This document shows, piece by piece, positions 22,304-34,359 of a stretch of 64,000 nt of DNA. The DNA lies in assembly GCA_963823665.1 (NCBI GenBank), contig CAWGMQ010000003.1, forward strand, positions 864,001 through 928,000, given 5' to 3'. The notes under the pieces are model-generated. The model had not been told where the DNA came from and made no database searches. It saw only the letters and a program-made list of their open reading frames with translations. Origin of the DNA: an uncultured Planctomycetota bacterium (GTDB taxonomy: Bacteria; Planctomycetota; Planctomycetia; Isosphaerales; Isosphaeraceae). Made by a program: the position numbers and the translations under genes. Each line of letters opens with the position of its first letter. Position 1 is the stretch's first letter.

Positions 22304-23212
22304 TCACTTTAATTCTGAAGGATTCGCTGGCTGCGCAACCGCAGGAGTAGCTACCGACTTCGCTCGTCGATTCCGACTCCGGTGGTGCGTCGATACGGCC
22401 GGCGTCAACAGCGCGACCAGAACGAAAACGATGGCAGCGCAGACAACCCACTCTGCGAGGGTTAGCCCGACAAGACACGCACCGACGACGATAGCCACCG
22501 CGACAGCGACGCACACCGGCAACGGAAGCCACGCGAAATTGACAGCCAGGAGCGCCGTGACGAGCATCAAGTACCTGAGCGAGAATTGCTTCCGAATACG
22601 GATGCGGCGCAGATCGCGCGTGACGCGAGCCGTCAGGCTCGTACTCTTCGAATGTCCGGGTTTTACCCGAAGATCTGCCGGCCCAAGGTGGTTTTGAAGA
22701 GCCGATGCAACGATCTCGCGATCGCCAGACTTCAATCCAAATGTCAAGACTGCGCTTCGAAGCTTGAGACGGAGACTCGAATCGGGGGCAGCCCAGCTCC
22801 ATTCGAGAATCGAATGCCACGCCGTGAAGCTCGTTCCGCACACAACGCCATCCTCGCGAACCTCGAGGAACATCCTGTTCCAGGCAAATGCGGCAAGGGT
22901 GATGACGAAAAGGAGGATGAGAACATTTGTCGCCTGATTCGCCAGCTCATCGGGACTTGAGCGCGGGCCTTGGGCGGCCAAGTAAACGCAAAACGCGGCA
23001 TTCACGACGACTGCCGACCAGGCGCATATCATCCAGACCGACTTCCAGCGCTTCACGCGCGGTCGGACCACCCTCAACAAGAGCTTGCCACCAAGCTGTT
23101 CGATGTTCGCGCGGAGTCCAACGAGATACCAAAGCCCGAACACGAACGCTGGTAGAACGACAATCTTGCTGATCAGGAAGACGTCGCGAATGCTCTGAAC
23201 GCTTCCGGTCAT
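22304..23212 (-). CDS. Hypothetical integral membrane protein
   Basis: Several hydrophobic helices and an internal KQFSLRYLMLVTALLAV motif. Confidence 0.65.
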   Translation of the reverse strand: MTGSVQSIRDVFLISKIVVLPAFVFGLWYLVGLRANIEQLGGKLLLRVVRPRVKRWKSVWMICAWSAVVVNAAFCVYLAAQGPRSSPDELANQATNVLILLFVITLAAFAWNRMFLEVREDGVVCGTSFTAWHSILEWSWAAPDSSLRLKLRSAVLTFGLKSGDREIVASALQNHLGPADLRVKPGHSKSTSLTARVTRDLRRIRIRKQFSLRYLMLVTALLAVNFAWLPLPVCVAVAVAIVVGACLVGLTLAEWVVCAAIVFVLVALLTPAVSTHHRSRNRRAKSVATPAVAQPANPSELK

Positions 23213-23346
23213 GATCGGGCCTCGCGAGGAGGGCCTCGGTGCCTCAATGCGATTTCGTGCTTTCGGGTCAGAGAGCCCTCCGGTCGCCAGGAGCGCGGAG
23301 CACCCAGACAGAGCCCCCAGGCGCCCGGTGATCGTGCAAACTCATC

Positions 23347-24265
23347 CTAGCTCGCCTTGATCTGCTGCACCTCATATTTGACTTTGAGATAGAGCGTGAG
23401 CTGCACGACGGGCTCGATCACCACGGGGTTGATCACCGAGTCGAAACTGTTGGCATTCAGACCATTGAAAAAGAACGTGCGGCTCTTGCGCGGTCTGCGT
23501 CGTCATACGATCGCGGTTTGGCGGTATCCCGACGTGCTCGGTCTCGAACGCGGTGTACGAGTCGTACATTTCGGTGGGATAGTAAACGGCCGACCGTTCG
23601 GCAATGACCTGCGCGGGCGGCTGAAGCCTGATATCCAGCAGCTTCTGGTATCGGCCCGCCTTGCGTTTGATGATCCGGCTAGCTTCCTCCATCAACTTGT
23701 CCTCGATCGCATCCAGGTTGGAAACGATGTAATCGACCTTGATCAGATCGAAGATCTGCGAGTGCGACGCGGCGACGACCAGTTTGTCGATCAGCATCTT
23801 GTCTTTGTAGTGGATCGAGATGTTCTTTTTCAGCTCGAACCCGACAAGTTTCTCACGTGCGATCTCGCCCGCCACTTCAAAACCGTAGATCTTGTTCTGC
23901 GCGACGAAGTCGACGAACCGCGCCTTCTCGCCGACACCCAATCCGGTCAGCTCGTCGGTGAACTGCTTGATCGTTGCGTCCATTTTCCGGCTGCACTCGG
24001 CGATGGTTTCACCTTCCTGAGCGACGCCGAACACCGCGACGTACTCATCCGCCAGCACATTCATGAGCACACTCGCGTCGACAAAGGTGCTGGTCGCCGT
24101 GGGAGGCAGCTCCTCCTTGGTCAGGTTGCGCTTGGAGCGTTCATTCTGTTCGGCGCGGGCCTTGCCGCTATTTTGCGCGTAGCTGATGTTCCCGCTAACC
24201 TGCGCGCAACAAAGAGACGGGAATACGAGTACGACGACCAGGATCCAGACGCTGAGCTTTTTCAT
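23347..24265 (-). CDS. SIMPL (DUF541)-like exported protein (3' frameshift)
   Basis: Signal peptide, ASVLMNVLAD, GFELKKNISI. The alternative frame ends VVQLTLYLKVKY..* at 23347. Confidence 0.7.
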
Positions 24266-24368
24266 ATTGAACCTTACGAAGATCGGAATGGTCTAGTCAC
24301 TGTCAGCCCGGCTGTAAGCATAACGTTCGTATAAAGCTCCGGACCGGGGATTCACGGTTGCAACTGCA

Positions 24369-24590
24369 ATGGTACGCGATATGGATGATTCCGCACGCGA
24401 ACACCTGAAGGGACCCGCGGACGCCAACAACCGCTCGCTACACGTCGCGCTGCACCGGATCCTATCACCGGCTTCAAAGCAGGTGAATATGGCCGCGGCG
24501 AGGGCGATCGCTGGTGCGATGCGCAACCGGCTTGAGGGCCGCTCGCACAGCGACAGTGGAGAGATCCTGGCTCAGGAACGCCTTCGGTGA
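24369..24590 (+). CDS. FitA/Arc-like ribbon-helix-helix antitoxin (possibly decaying)
   Basis: VRDMDDSAREHLK..A.ANNRSL..L..IL...HSDSGEIL..ER.R pattern. Confidence 0.6.
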   Translation: MVRDMDDSAREHLKGPADANNRSLHVALHRILSPASKQVNMAAARAIAGAMRNRLEGRSHSDSGEILAQERLR

Positions 24591-24609
24591 GCGAATTCTC
24601 CCGCGCCGA

Positions 24610-26082
24610 TCAAGCAGAAATACCCCGCCCGGGCTTCGATCGCTCGATGCACCCCGCCCCGCCCGGGAGCATCTTCGACGGGTTGCAGCGACCGTCCGGA
24701 TTAAACGTCTGCCGCAAAGCCACCATGGCGGCCAGATCTTCCGGCGAGAAGAGCTTGGGCATGAATTCCATTTTCTCGACGCCGATGCCGTGCTCGCCGG
24801 TCACGCTGCCGCCGAGCTCGATGCACTTGTCGAGGATCTCGTGGCTCGCGACCAGGACGCGCTTCACCTGCTCTTGATCGCGTTCGTCAAACAGCAGGAT
24901 CGGGTGGATGTTGCCGTCGCCGGCGTGGAACACATTCGCGATGCGCAGGTCGTGGCGCTTGCCGACCTCGACGATGTACCGCAAGATCTCCGGCAGCTTG
25001 GTGCGTGGCACGACGCCATCCTGCGTGCAGTACGTGGGGCTGAGCCGGCCAATCGCACCAAACGCCGACTTGCGGCTCTTCCAGATGGCCACGTATTCCG
25101 GTTCCTTGCGCGTGCGCCAGGTGATGCACTTGCCGACCGTGCCGCCGTGCTCGTGCACGATCTGCGTGATCGCCTGCGCCTCGCGGTCCAATCCCGCGTC
25201 GAGCCCGTCAACCTCGATGATCAGCACGGCCCCCGCTTCGACCGGGAAACCAAAACCGAACGCTTTCTCGACCGCCCGGATCATCAGATTGTCGAGCATC
25301 TCGAGGGCCGCCGGCACAATTCCCGCAGCGATGATCCCGCTGACGGTCTCGGTTGCCTGATCGACGGTTTCAAACACGGCCAGCAGCGTGCGGCCGGCTT
25401 CCGGATCACGCGTCAGGTTGACGGCCACCTTGGTGACGATGCCGAACGTGCCCTCATTGCCCACGATCAAACCGGTCAGGTCATAGCCGGGGTTGTCTTC
25501 GGTGACGCCGCCAGTCTCCACGAGCGTGCCGTCGGGCATGACGAGCGTTGCCCCCTTGATGTGGTTGACCGTCACACCGTACTTGAGCGTGTGCGGGCCA
25601 CCGGAGTTGGTCGCGACGTTGCCGCCGATCGTGCAGGCTCCCTGGCTGGATGGGTCGGGGGCGTAATGAAATCCCGTCCCGGCCAGCGCACGCGTGAGCC
25701 AGATGTTGACGACACCCGCCTCGACGATCGCGTAGCGGTCGCGGATGCTCACTTCGAGGATTCGCTTCATCCGAGTCAGGCAGATCATCACGCCGCCGCC
25801 AATCGTGAGCGTGCCACCTGCCAAGCTTGTGCCGGCGCCGCGTGGAACGAACGAGATTCCCCGCCGATGGCACAGCTTCACGACTTCCACAACGTGCTCG
25901 GTCGATGTCGGAAACAGCACGACGTCCGGCACGCGCTTCTCGACCATGTAGCCGTCGCATTCATAGACGAGCATCTCATCGCGGCGCTGCAATACGTTTT
26001 CGGTGCCGACAATCGCGACCAGATCAGCGATGACGCCGGATGAGACGGGGGCCGACTTGATCTCTTCCAGGATTTGATTCAT
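24610..26082 (-). CDS. glcD: Glycolate oxidase FAD-linked subunit
   Basis: PRGAGTSLAGG, YAPDPSSQGACTIGGN, HAGDGNIHP, GEHGIGVEK. Start set at MNQILEE (26082). Confidence 0.92.
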   Translation of the reverse strand: MNQILEEIKSAPVSSGVIADLVAIVGTENVLQRRDEMLVYECDGYMVEKRVPDVVLFPTSTEHVVEVVKLCHRRGISFVPRGAGTSLAGGTLTIGGGVMICLTRMKRILEVSIRDRYAIVEAGVVNIWLTRALAGTGFHYAPDPSSQGACTIGGNVATNSGGPHTLKYGVTVNHIKGATLVMPDGTLVETGGVTEDNPGYDLTGLIVGNEGTFGIVTKVAVNLTRDPEAGRTLLAVFETVDQATETVSGIIAAGIVPAALEMLDNLMIRAVEKAFGFGFPVEAGAVLIIEVDGLDAGLDREAQAITQIVHEHGGTVGKCITWRTRKEPEYVAIWKSRKSAFGAIGRLSPTYCTQDGVVPRTKLPEILRYIVEVGKRHDLRIANVFHAGDGNIHPILLFDERDQEQVKRVLVASHEILDKCIELGGSVTGEHGIGVEKMEFMPKLFSPEDLAAMVALRQTFNPDGRCNPSKMLPGGAGCIERSKPGRGISA

Positions 26083-26393
26083 TTGCTCGAGACTCTCGCG
26101 ATGTGCGACCACAACTCGTGTGAAGAAGAGTGTACCGGCCGTGTGCGTAGGCCAGCAATGCCTGGCGGGTTGGGGACGGAGCTCTGTATGGGACGTAGTT
26201 ATTGGTCGTGCAGCAATCCGACCGGTTGCCGCGGCAGTATTTGTGCTCGGGGTGGCGCACTGGTCTGCCGGCCGTTTTCCGCACCCGCCCGAGTAAGCGG
26301 TCAAACGAGCGGACGATGAGACACTTGCCGGTATGACAGAGGCAAACAAGGGCGTTGCGCGAAGCAATGCGCTCATGACCGAGAAGATGGGCG

Positions 26394-27119
26394 TCATGAT
26401 TCAGACGCTGCAGAAGATTCCGGGATTGAAGCAACAATAACGCCGGCTCCGGTCTGGGTGATGCTCGGTGAAAATACCGACTCCACTCGGCTCGATCGCA
26501 GCCATCTGCACCCGGCCCAGCCGCCGGCGATTACACCCACACCCAGCCCGACCATCCGGCGGAGCCAGCGAATGGAGAATGTTTGCATCGGCACGCCTCC
26601 GTGTGCCACATCGTCGATGGTTGTCAGAAGACACGCAACGAAGAGACCGAGGAGCGCACCGCGCCAGAACGCCGCGATGTCCCAGCCGAGCCGCCGATCG
26701 AGCCACGCCGCAGTCCACCCGGCTGATAACGCCAGTAACAAGCTCAGGAACGCCGCCGCCCAGATTTCGCCGACTCGCAAGTAACCGGCCCGTGAGAAGC
26801 TGCTCGTGCCTTCGCTGAAGAGTTGCTGGTACCAGCGCACGAAGAGGACGCTCAGGGGGCGAATCGACCCGGACCAGACAAGGCTGGCGAGGATATAAAA
26901 TGCAATGATCACGACGACCAGTGCAGTGTAATGAAGCGAGTCGAATGGTCGCTGCAGGATCAGTCTCCACGCGATCACGAAGTCGAGAGCCCCGACGAGG
27001 ATCCATATCGTCGGAGAGGCCAAGAATTCAAGCGGCACGGCGCGAACGACACCCAGGCTTACCGCGGCGAGGGCGATGAGGACCATGACCTGGCGGATCG
27101 AGAACTTGCTGCCGGACAT
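26394..27119 (-). CDS. Hypothetical integral membrane protein
   Basis: Starts MSGSKFSIRQVMVLIALAAV and has about 6 hydrophobic segments. Confidence 0.7.
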   Translation of the reverse strand: MSGSKFSIRQVMVLIALAAVSLGVVRAVPLEFLASPTIWILVGALDFVIAWRLILQRPFDSLHYTALVVVIIAFYILASLVWSGSIRPLSVLFVRWYQQLFSEGTSSFSRAGYLRVGEIWAAAFLSLLLALSAGWTAAWLDRRLGWDIAAFWRGALLGLFVACLLTTIDDVAHGGVPMQTFSIRWLRRMVGLGVGVIAGGWAGCRWLRSSRVESVFSPSITQTGAGVIVASIPESSAASES

Positions 27120-27416
27120 GAAGGCGCTCTCCGCGGGACACGCCAGGATCTGCTGGGCGAATGTCGCGCCCGCTTGATTCAAAGTTGCAGGCGTCGAGAA
27201 AGAACGGACGATTCCTCCCACGCTTGTCATAGGACAGCGTATTCGTTTGGCTCAGCCAGTGCAACTTCAAACACCAGGCCAGTAGAATGAGTCTTGCGCT
27301 CTGCACCCACCGGGACACTCTGCGAGCTCAACCAGCATGATCCCCATTCTCAAAGACTCGGCCGGGAACGTGTTGTTTCCGAACCTCGCCAACTTGCTAA
27401 CTGTGTCACGGGCTGA

Positions 27417-27795
27417 TCAATTGAATGTTTTGCAGGCCCTCAAGTCGCGATTCGGGAAGCTGGATTCGGACCGTCCAAAAGGGTGACGGAGACGTGAAAT
27501 GAGCGGTTGATGAACGGCAGTCTGCGAATGAAAGTCGGCAAGGAGCTCGCCTCCTCGGTACGCGACCCACTCGCCTCGATGGCGCTCAAATAGTTGGGGT
27601 ATCGCTCGACGAAACGTGGCGATCGCTTCGGCGATGGTCGTGCCGCACTCATCGGCACTTGCGGGGTGAGTGGACACCTCGGAAACTTGCCCGATCGTCG
27701 CGTATTCGCCCCGCACGATTGGTTCGGAAGCCATATTCGTTTGGATCCTTGAAAAGTTTCAGCGGCTCGGGCAGCGAGATATTCATGCTCGTCAT
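27417..27795 (-). pseudogene. Chimeric remnant: ParD-like antitoxin N-terminus joined to a DUF5678-like fragment
   Basis: MTSMNISLPEPLK breaks off after about 15 codons. Another frame reads ATFRRAIPQLFERHRGEWVAYRGGE. Confidence 0.5.
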
Positions 27796-27869
27796 GTGAC
27801 ACAACCTCCCTGACAGATTATAGCCGGATTTGCGTCTCCGTGTCGTGTGTGAACACGCCTCGTCCAGAA

Positions 27870-29264
27870 TCACTCCGCTCTGGCCGCGGGCTTCAGATCG
27901 GAGACAGTCTGAGCACTCCCATCGTCAAGCTCTTCGGAGCCGTCACTGGGAAGACGATCGAGGTAGCTCCCGACGAGGTCTGCTTCGGACGCAGGGAGTT
28001 TGCCGTGATCGCGGTTGTAGAGCTCGTCGGCCAGCGTCACGACCAGCGTCCGGTGTTCGCGGCGCTCGGTGGTGCGGATGGCTGGCCAGGGCCAGAAATC
28101 AAGCAGCACTTTTGCGTCTTTGGTGCCGATGATCCACTTCGCTAAACTCTGCGGCGTCAACTTGCGGGCAACCGCGGGCGCTCTGCGATCGACCGGATAG
28201 AAATAGACGGCGGTATTCCGATTCGTTTCTTGAAACGAGGCGCGGACTGCCGGCTTCTGCAACTTCGGATCACTGTTCTCGGCATGGGCAAGCCAGTTTG
28301 CAAACGACAGCCGCAGCACGCGCCGACTTCGCTCGGGCTCATTCCAGAGATAGCGTTTCGCGGCGTACGGAAGCCACGCAAGGTTGGGCGGGAGGTCCTC
28401 GCCGAAGATCTTGACCTGCTGGGCCTCCTCCACAGCCCAATACGCGCGTCCCCATTCCTTATCAAGCTCATGCATTTGCTCCAGATAATCAATCTTGAGC
28501 GAAAACGCATCCCATTCGGGTTTGGGTTCGCCGGCGAGAATATCAGCAAGTGCTTTGCGCAAGAGCGGCACACTCGTGCGCGGGTTCGCGGCCCAGGCCG
28601 TGATCTGGGGGCGCAGACTGCTGCAATTCTGGTCGGCGAGGTAACGCTGAAAGACCGAGCCTCGCCGCATCACATGAACCTTCATGCGGAACAAGGCACG
28701 ATACCAGGTCCATGCGCCCTCCATATCACCTTGCTCTTCAAGACGCGACGCCTCGAGCAAGACCAGCCAGGAAAACTCCCAGATGAAGTAGTAGCGATTC
28801 AACTCTCGGTCGAAGCCAGGATGAGGGATGCCGTCTTTTCGCTCCGACGCAGCCCGGAACACTTCAAGCAATTTACGATTGGCCGTGACCCAGTCGCGAA
28901 GCTCCGGCGCGGCCTTGGACCAGCCGGTCACCGGCCCGCGCCGCAGGACTGCGCTGGGCAGTCCCGGCATCCGCGTGAGCTTCTCCTGAGCCTGACGAAG
29001 CAACACGATGGCATCGTCTTCCTCGGGAATTCGAAATGCAGTGAAGGCCGCCACGTCGAACGGGTCGCCCGCATTCGGAAGTCCGATCAAGCTCGCCCCG
29101 CGCCAGGCCTCGAGTGCGCCGGCCATGAGCAGGAGGGCGAGCACGAGGATCAACCCCAAGCGCAAGAATTGGCGGCTCCGCCGCGCCAGGTATCTGCGAA
29201 ACCGAGTTCGCAATGACCGGGCCGGAGACTGCGATGGCTGATCGATTACTTCAGATGTCGACAC
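27870..29264 (-). CDS. Membrane-anchored alpha-helical hypothetical protein, tandem paralogue 1
   Basis: TM segment, then GLPN.GDPFDV, NEPERSRRVL and ELY.RDHG..P. Confidence 0.8.
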   Translation of the reverse strand: MSTSEVIDQPSQSPARSLRTRFRRYLARRSRQFLRLGLILVLALLLMAGALEAWRGASLIGLPNAGDPFDVAAFTAFRIPEEDDAIVLLRQAQEKLTRMPGLPSAVLRRGPVTGWSKAAPELRDWVTANRKLLEVFRAASERKDGIPHPGFDRELNRYYFIWEFSWLVLLEASRLEEQGDMEGAWTWYRALFRMKVHVMRRGSVFQRYLADQNCSSLRPQITAWAANPRTSVPLLRKALADILAGEPKPEWDAFSLKIDYLEQMHELDKEWGRAYWAVEEAQQVKIFGEDLPPNLAWLPYAAKRYLWNEPERSRRVLRLSFANWLAHAENSDPKLQKPAVRASFQETNRNTAVYFYPVDRRAPAVARKLTPQSLAKWIIGTKDAKVLLDFWPWPAIRTTERREHRTLVVTLADELYNRDHGKLPASEADLVGSYLDRLPSDGSEELDDGSAQTVSDLKPAARAE

Positions 29265-29382
29265 GGCTGTGAAGGTTCCGATCTATTCGGGGATTCGTTC
29301 GGTCTCGCCGTTCAGCCCATTCTACCGGCGATCTCGTTAGTTTCTACAAGTGTCAGAGAGGATGTCAACGTCTTCTTCAGAA

Positions 29383-30781
29383 TCACTCCGCTCTGGCCGT
29401 GGGCTTCTGATCGGAAACAGTCGGAGTACTCCCATCGTTTAGCTCTTCGGAGCCGTCGCCGGGTAGGTAATCGAGATAAGAGCCGACCAGGTCTGCCTCC
29501 GACGCGGGGGTTTTGCCGTGATCACGCTTGTAGAGCTCGTCGGCCAGTGTCACGACCAGCGCCCGGTGGACGCGGCGCTCGATGGTGCGGATAGCTGGCC
29601 CCCCCCAGAAATCAAGCAGCACTTTTGCGTCTTTGGTGCCGATCAACCACTTCGCCAAACTCTGCGGCGTCAACTTGCGGGCAACCGCGGGCGCTTTCGA
29701 GTCGACCTGATAGAAGTACACGGCCATGTTCCGATTCGCTTCTCGAAACGAGGCGCAGACCGCCGGCTTCTGCAACTGCGGATCACTGTTCTCGGCGTGG
29801 GCCAGCCAGTTTGCAAATGCGAGTCGCAGCACGCGGCGACTGCGCTCGGGCTCGTTCCAGAAATAACGTTTCGCGGCGTAAGGAAGCCACGCAAGGTTGG
29901 GCGGGAGGTCCTCGCCGAAGATCTTGACGTGATGGGCCTCGTCCACACTCCAACACGCTCGTCCCCACTCCTTGTCGAGTTCATGCATCTGATCCAGATA
30001 ATCAATCTTGAGCGAGAATACATCCCATTCGGGTCTGGGCTCACCGGCTTGAATATCCGCGAGCGCCTTTCGCAAGAGCGGGACGGTCGTCCGTCGGTCG
30101 GCAGCCCAGATCGCGATCCGGGGGCGCAAATCGCGGCAAGCTCCGTCCACGAGGAATCGCTGCAACGCCGAGCCGCGCCGCATCACATGAACCTTTATGC
30201 GGAACAACGAACGATACCAGGTCCACGCGCCCTCCATATCACCTTGCTCCTCCAGACGCGACGCTTCAAGAAAGATCAGCAAGGCGAATTCCCCGTCGAC
30301 GAACTGGTGGTAGTAGTTGTCCTGGTCGAAGCCAGGATGCGGGATGCCGTCTTTTCGTTCCGACGCAGCCCGGAACAGTTCGAGCGCCTTGCGATTCGCC
30401 GTCACCCAGTCGCGCAGCTCCGGGGCGGCCTCGGACCACACGATCGTCGGGCCGCGCCGCAGCACCGCGCTCGGCTCACGCGGCCTGCGGGTGAGCTGCT
30501 CCTGAGCTTGACGAAGCAACACGATGGCATCGTCTTGCACCGGAATACGAAGCTCGTTGAAGGCCGCAACGTCGAACGGATCGCCCACGTTCGGAAGCCC
30601 GATCAAGCTCGCCCCGCGCCAGGCCTCGAGCGCTCCGGCCATGAACAGAAGACACAGCACGAGGATTACCATCAAGAAGCGGAGCTGGCGGCCTCTTCGG
30701 ATCAGATAACCGCGCAAGCGAGACTCGCACTGACCGGGCCGGAGACGGCGATGGCTGATCGATTGTTTCAGTTGTCGACAT
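29383..30781 (-). CDS. Tandem paralogue 2 (5' frameshift; start MSTTETIDQP)
   Basis: High DNA and protein similarity to paralogue 1. Confidence 0.8.
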
Positions 30782-32153
30782 GGGAGTCTCGCACGGTAGG
30801 AGCCTTGCCGTCGTCGTACTCCTCCGAGTCGTCGCTCGGCAGCTCATCAAGATAATGACCCACCAGCGATTCCTCGGAAGGCGGCGGTGATCCACGGTCG
30901 CGCTCAAACAGCTCGCTCGCCAGCAGCACGACCAGATTGCGGTAATCGCGCCGCTCAACACCGCGAATCGATGGCCAGGGCCAGGCGAGAAGGAGCACTT
31001 TTGCGTCGAGCGTGCCGGCGAGCCAGTGCGCCAGATCTTGCGGCGGCAGTTTGCGAGCAGCGGCCGAAGCGTCGGCGGGCACTCGATAGAAATTCGCTGA
31101 TCCCTGCTGCCTGGCAACCTGGAACGTCGCCCGGACTGCCGGCTTCTGCCGGAGGAGGTCGCGATCGCCGGTGTGCGAGAGCCAGTTGGCGAAAGCGAGT
31201 TGCAGCACGCGCCGGCTGCGCTCGGGCTCGTTCCGGAAGTAGCGCCGTGCTGCGTAGGCTGGCCATGTCAGATTCGGCGGAAGCCGTTCGCCAAAGATGC
31301 TCACTTGCTGATCTTCCTCGGATCCCTGCTGGACGAAGCCCCCTTCACGTTCGAGCTCGTGCATCAGGATCAGGTAATCGACTTTGAGTGAAAACGAATC
31401 CCCTTCGGGCTTGATCTCCAGCGCCTTGACGTCTGCAAATGCGCGGTGGAGCAGCGCCGTGCCGGTGCGGCGGTCGGACGCCCATGCCGCAACTCGGGGT
31501 CGCAGTCTGACGCAGTACCTGGCGGCATCCGCCCGCTGAAACATCGATCCCCGCCGGGTCACGTGGTTCTGCATGCGAAAAACCGCCAGATACCAGCGCC
31601 ACGCACCTGCCATGTCGCCGAGCTCTTCCAAGCGCGATGTCTCGAGGCGGATCAGCTCGACAAAGAGTCCGAGCTTCAACTCCTCATCACCGTCGTAAGT
31701 ACCGGGATCCGGCAGCGCGATTCCGTCCGGGCGCTCCGATGCAGCGCGGAACATCGCGAGCGATTCTCGATTCGCGTCGACCCAATCGCGCAATTCGGGC
31801 GCCGACTTCGACCACGCCAGCGGGCCGAGTTTTCTGACCGCGAGCGGGAGGCGCGGAAAGTCGGTCAGCTTCCGCTGCGCCTGGCGCAAGAGAACGAATG
31901 CATCGTTCTCGGGCGGGACTTGAAAGGCCCTGAACTGCGCGACGTCAAACGGATCGCCGATATTGGGCAGCCCGATAAGGCTCGCCCCGCGCCACGCCTC
32001 GAGCGCTCCGGCCGTGAACAAAATGGCCAGCACGAGGATCAATACGAATCGCAAGAACTGCCGGCTCCGCCGCGCCAGATATCCGCGCAGCCGCGAGTGC
32101 CGGGTTCGAACCGAAGGCTGCAATTTCTGATCGATCAGGTCACAATTCAACAT
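30768..32153 (-). CDS. Tandem paralogue 3 (more diverged)
   Basis: Same motifs. Its stop overlaps the start of paralogue 2. Confidence 0.8.
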   Translation of the reverse strand: MLNCDLIDQKLQPSVRTRHSRLRGYLARRSRQFLRFVLILVLAILFTAGALEAWRGASLIGLPNIGDPFDVAQFRAFQVPPENDAFVLLRQAQRKLTDFPRLPLAVRKLGPLAWSKSAPELRDWVDANRESLAMFRAASERPDGIALPDPGTYDGDEELKLGLFVELIRLETSRLEELGDMAGAWRWYLAVFRMQNHVTRRGSMFQRADAARYCVRLRPRVAAWASDRRTGTALLHRAFADVKALEIKPEGDSFSLKVDYLILMHELEREGGFVQQGSEEDQQVSIFGERLPPNLTWPAYAARRYFRNEPERSRRVLQLAFANWLSHTGDRDLLRQKPAVRATFQVARQQGSANFYRVPADASAAARKLPPQDLAHWLAGTLDAKVLLLAWPWPSIRGVERRDYRNLVVLLASELFERDRGSPPPSEESLVGHYLDELPSDDSEEYDDGKAPTVRDSHVDN

Positions 32154-32327
32154 GGCCCCACGAACTGGCTTTCGCGATTCGTTTCAAACACACGCCGATG
32201 AGGCCATTGTACCCGCAAATCCCATATATGCTACAAGTGTCAGATCCACCTCATCTGCCGCCGGCTCGACGGAGAGCGAGGGCCGTGCAAGAATAGGAAC
32301 GAAGAATGTGAACACCCGGGAGGTTCC

Positions 32328-33263
32328 GTGAACGTGTCGACTCTGAATCGCACTTCGAATCGTTGCAGGACGGGGATTGCCCTGCTCTTTCTTGGGCTGC
32401 TTCCCGGAGCCGCATGCGCCCAAACGCAGAAGATCACTCCCGCGACCGACGAGTCGCATCGCCGCGATCGCGCCTTGATCGTCGTGGGCCTCCCTGGCGA
32501 CGACGAACACGCCGTGGGCTTTCTCGAGCTGGCGCGCACCTACCGCCAGTGGCTGACTGGATCGCTCGGTTTTCCCGAGGAGGGCGTGCGCATGCTCTTT
32601 GGCGCGGCCGGCGAGCCAAGCTTCAAAGCCGGCCCCGCCACCCGGGAAGCCATCGCGGCCGAAGCCGCAAACTCCCGCGCCGCACTCACGCCCGAGAGCC
32701 GACTCTGGGTGATCGTCCTGGGGCACGCCAACGAGCGCGCCGGCCATACGTATCTGCACCTGCCGGGGCCGGATCTCCGTGACGACGAGCTGGCAAAACT
32801 GTTCGCCGAGATCACCTGCCGCGAGCAAGTCTTCTGGATCACGACTTCGGCTTCCGGCGGGTTCCTCGCAGCGCTGTCAGCCAAGGGACGAATCATCATC
32901 ACCGCGACAACGGCCGACCAGGAATTCAACGAAACTGAGTTTCCGCACGCGTTCGGGGAGGTCTGCAAGAAGTCCGCCGCGGATCTCGACCTGGACAAGG
33001 ATGGAAAGGTCTCGGTGTGGGACGTGTTTCTCGGGCTCGGGACGCTTGTCGACGCTCGGTTCGCGGCTGATGAACGCACGCCCACCGAGCACTCGTTGCT
33101 CGATGACAACGGCGATCAGACCGGCACCGAGCGGCCGGACGGCGGAGAGGGCAAAGACGAATCAAAACCGCAAGCCGCATCAAAATCGCAACCCGCATCA
33201 AAATCTCGCGTCGCCGACGGCGAACTTGCAAGAAAGACGTTCTTGCCGCTGCCGGCCCGGTAG
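32328..33263 (+). CDS. Exported protein, caspase/peptidase C13-like fold suspected; first gene of the MoxR operon
   Basis: Signal peptide, IVVGLPGD, VLGH, HLPGPDL, SASGGF, IITAT, LLDDNGD. Confidence 0.6.
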   Translation: MNVSTLNRTSNRCRTGIALLFLGLLPGAACAQTQKITPATDESHRRDRALIVVGLPGDDEHAVGFLELARTYRQWLTGSLGFPEEGVRMLFGAAGEPSFKAGPATREAIAAEAANSRAALTPESRLWVIVLGHANERAGHTYLHLPGPDLRDDELAKLFAEITCREQVFWITTSASGGFLAALSAKGRIIITATTADQEFNETEFPHAFGEVCKKSAADLDLDKDGKVSVWDVFLGLGTLVDARFAADERTPTEHSLLDDNGDQTGTERPDGGEGKDESKPQAASKSQPASKSRVADGELARKTFLPLPAR

Positions 33264-33333
33264 GATGTTCCCAAAGCTGCAGGACGAATTGCTCCCAGTC
33301 CCATTCTGCCCGGCAACCGAGGAAGTCTGCACC

Positions 33334-34359
<1,026 letters not shown>

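Noticed and set aside
26083..26397. 105-aa N-terminal extension of GlcD
   Set aside because: GlcD-like sequence begins near MNQILEE, so the extension looks like chance open frame. A decayed small plus-strand gene here could not be supported.
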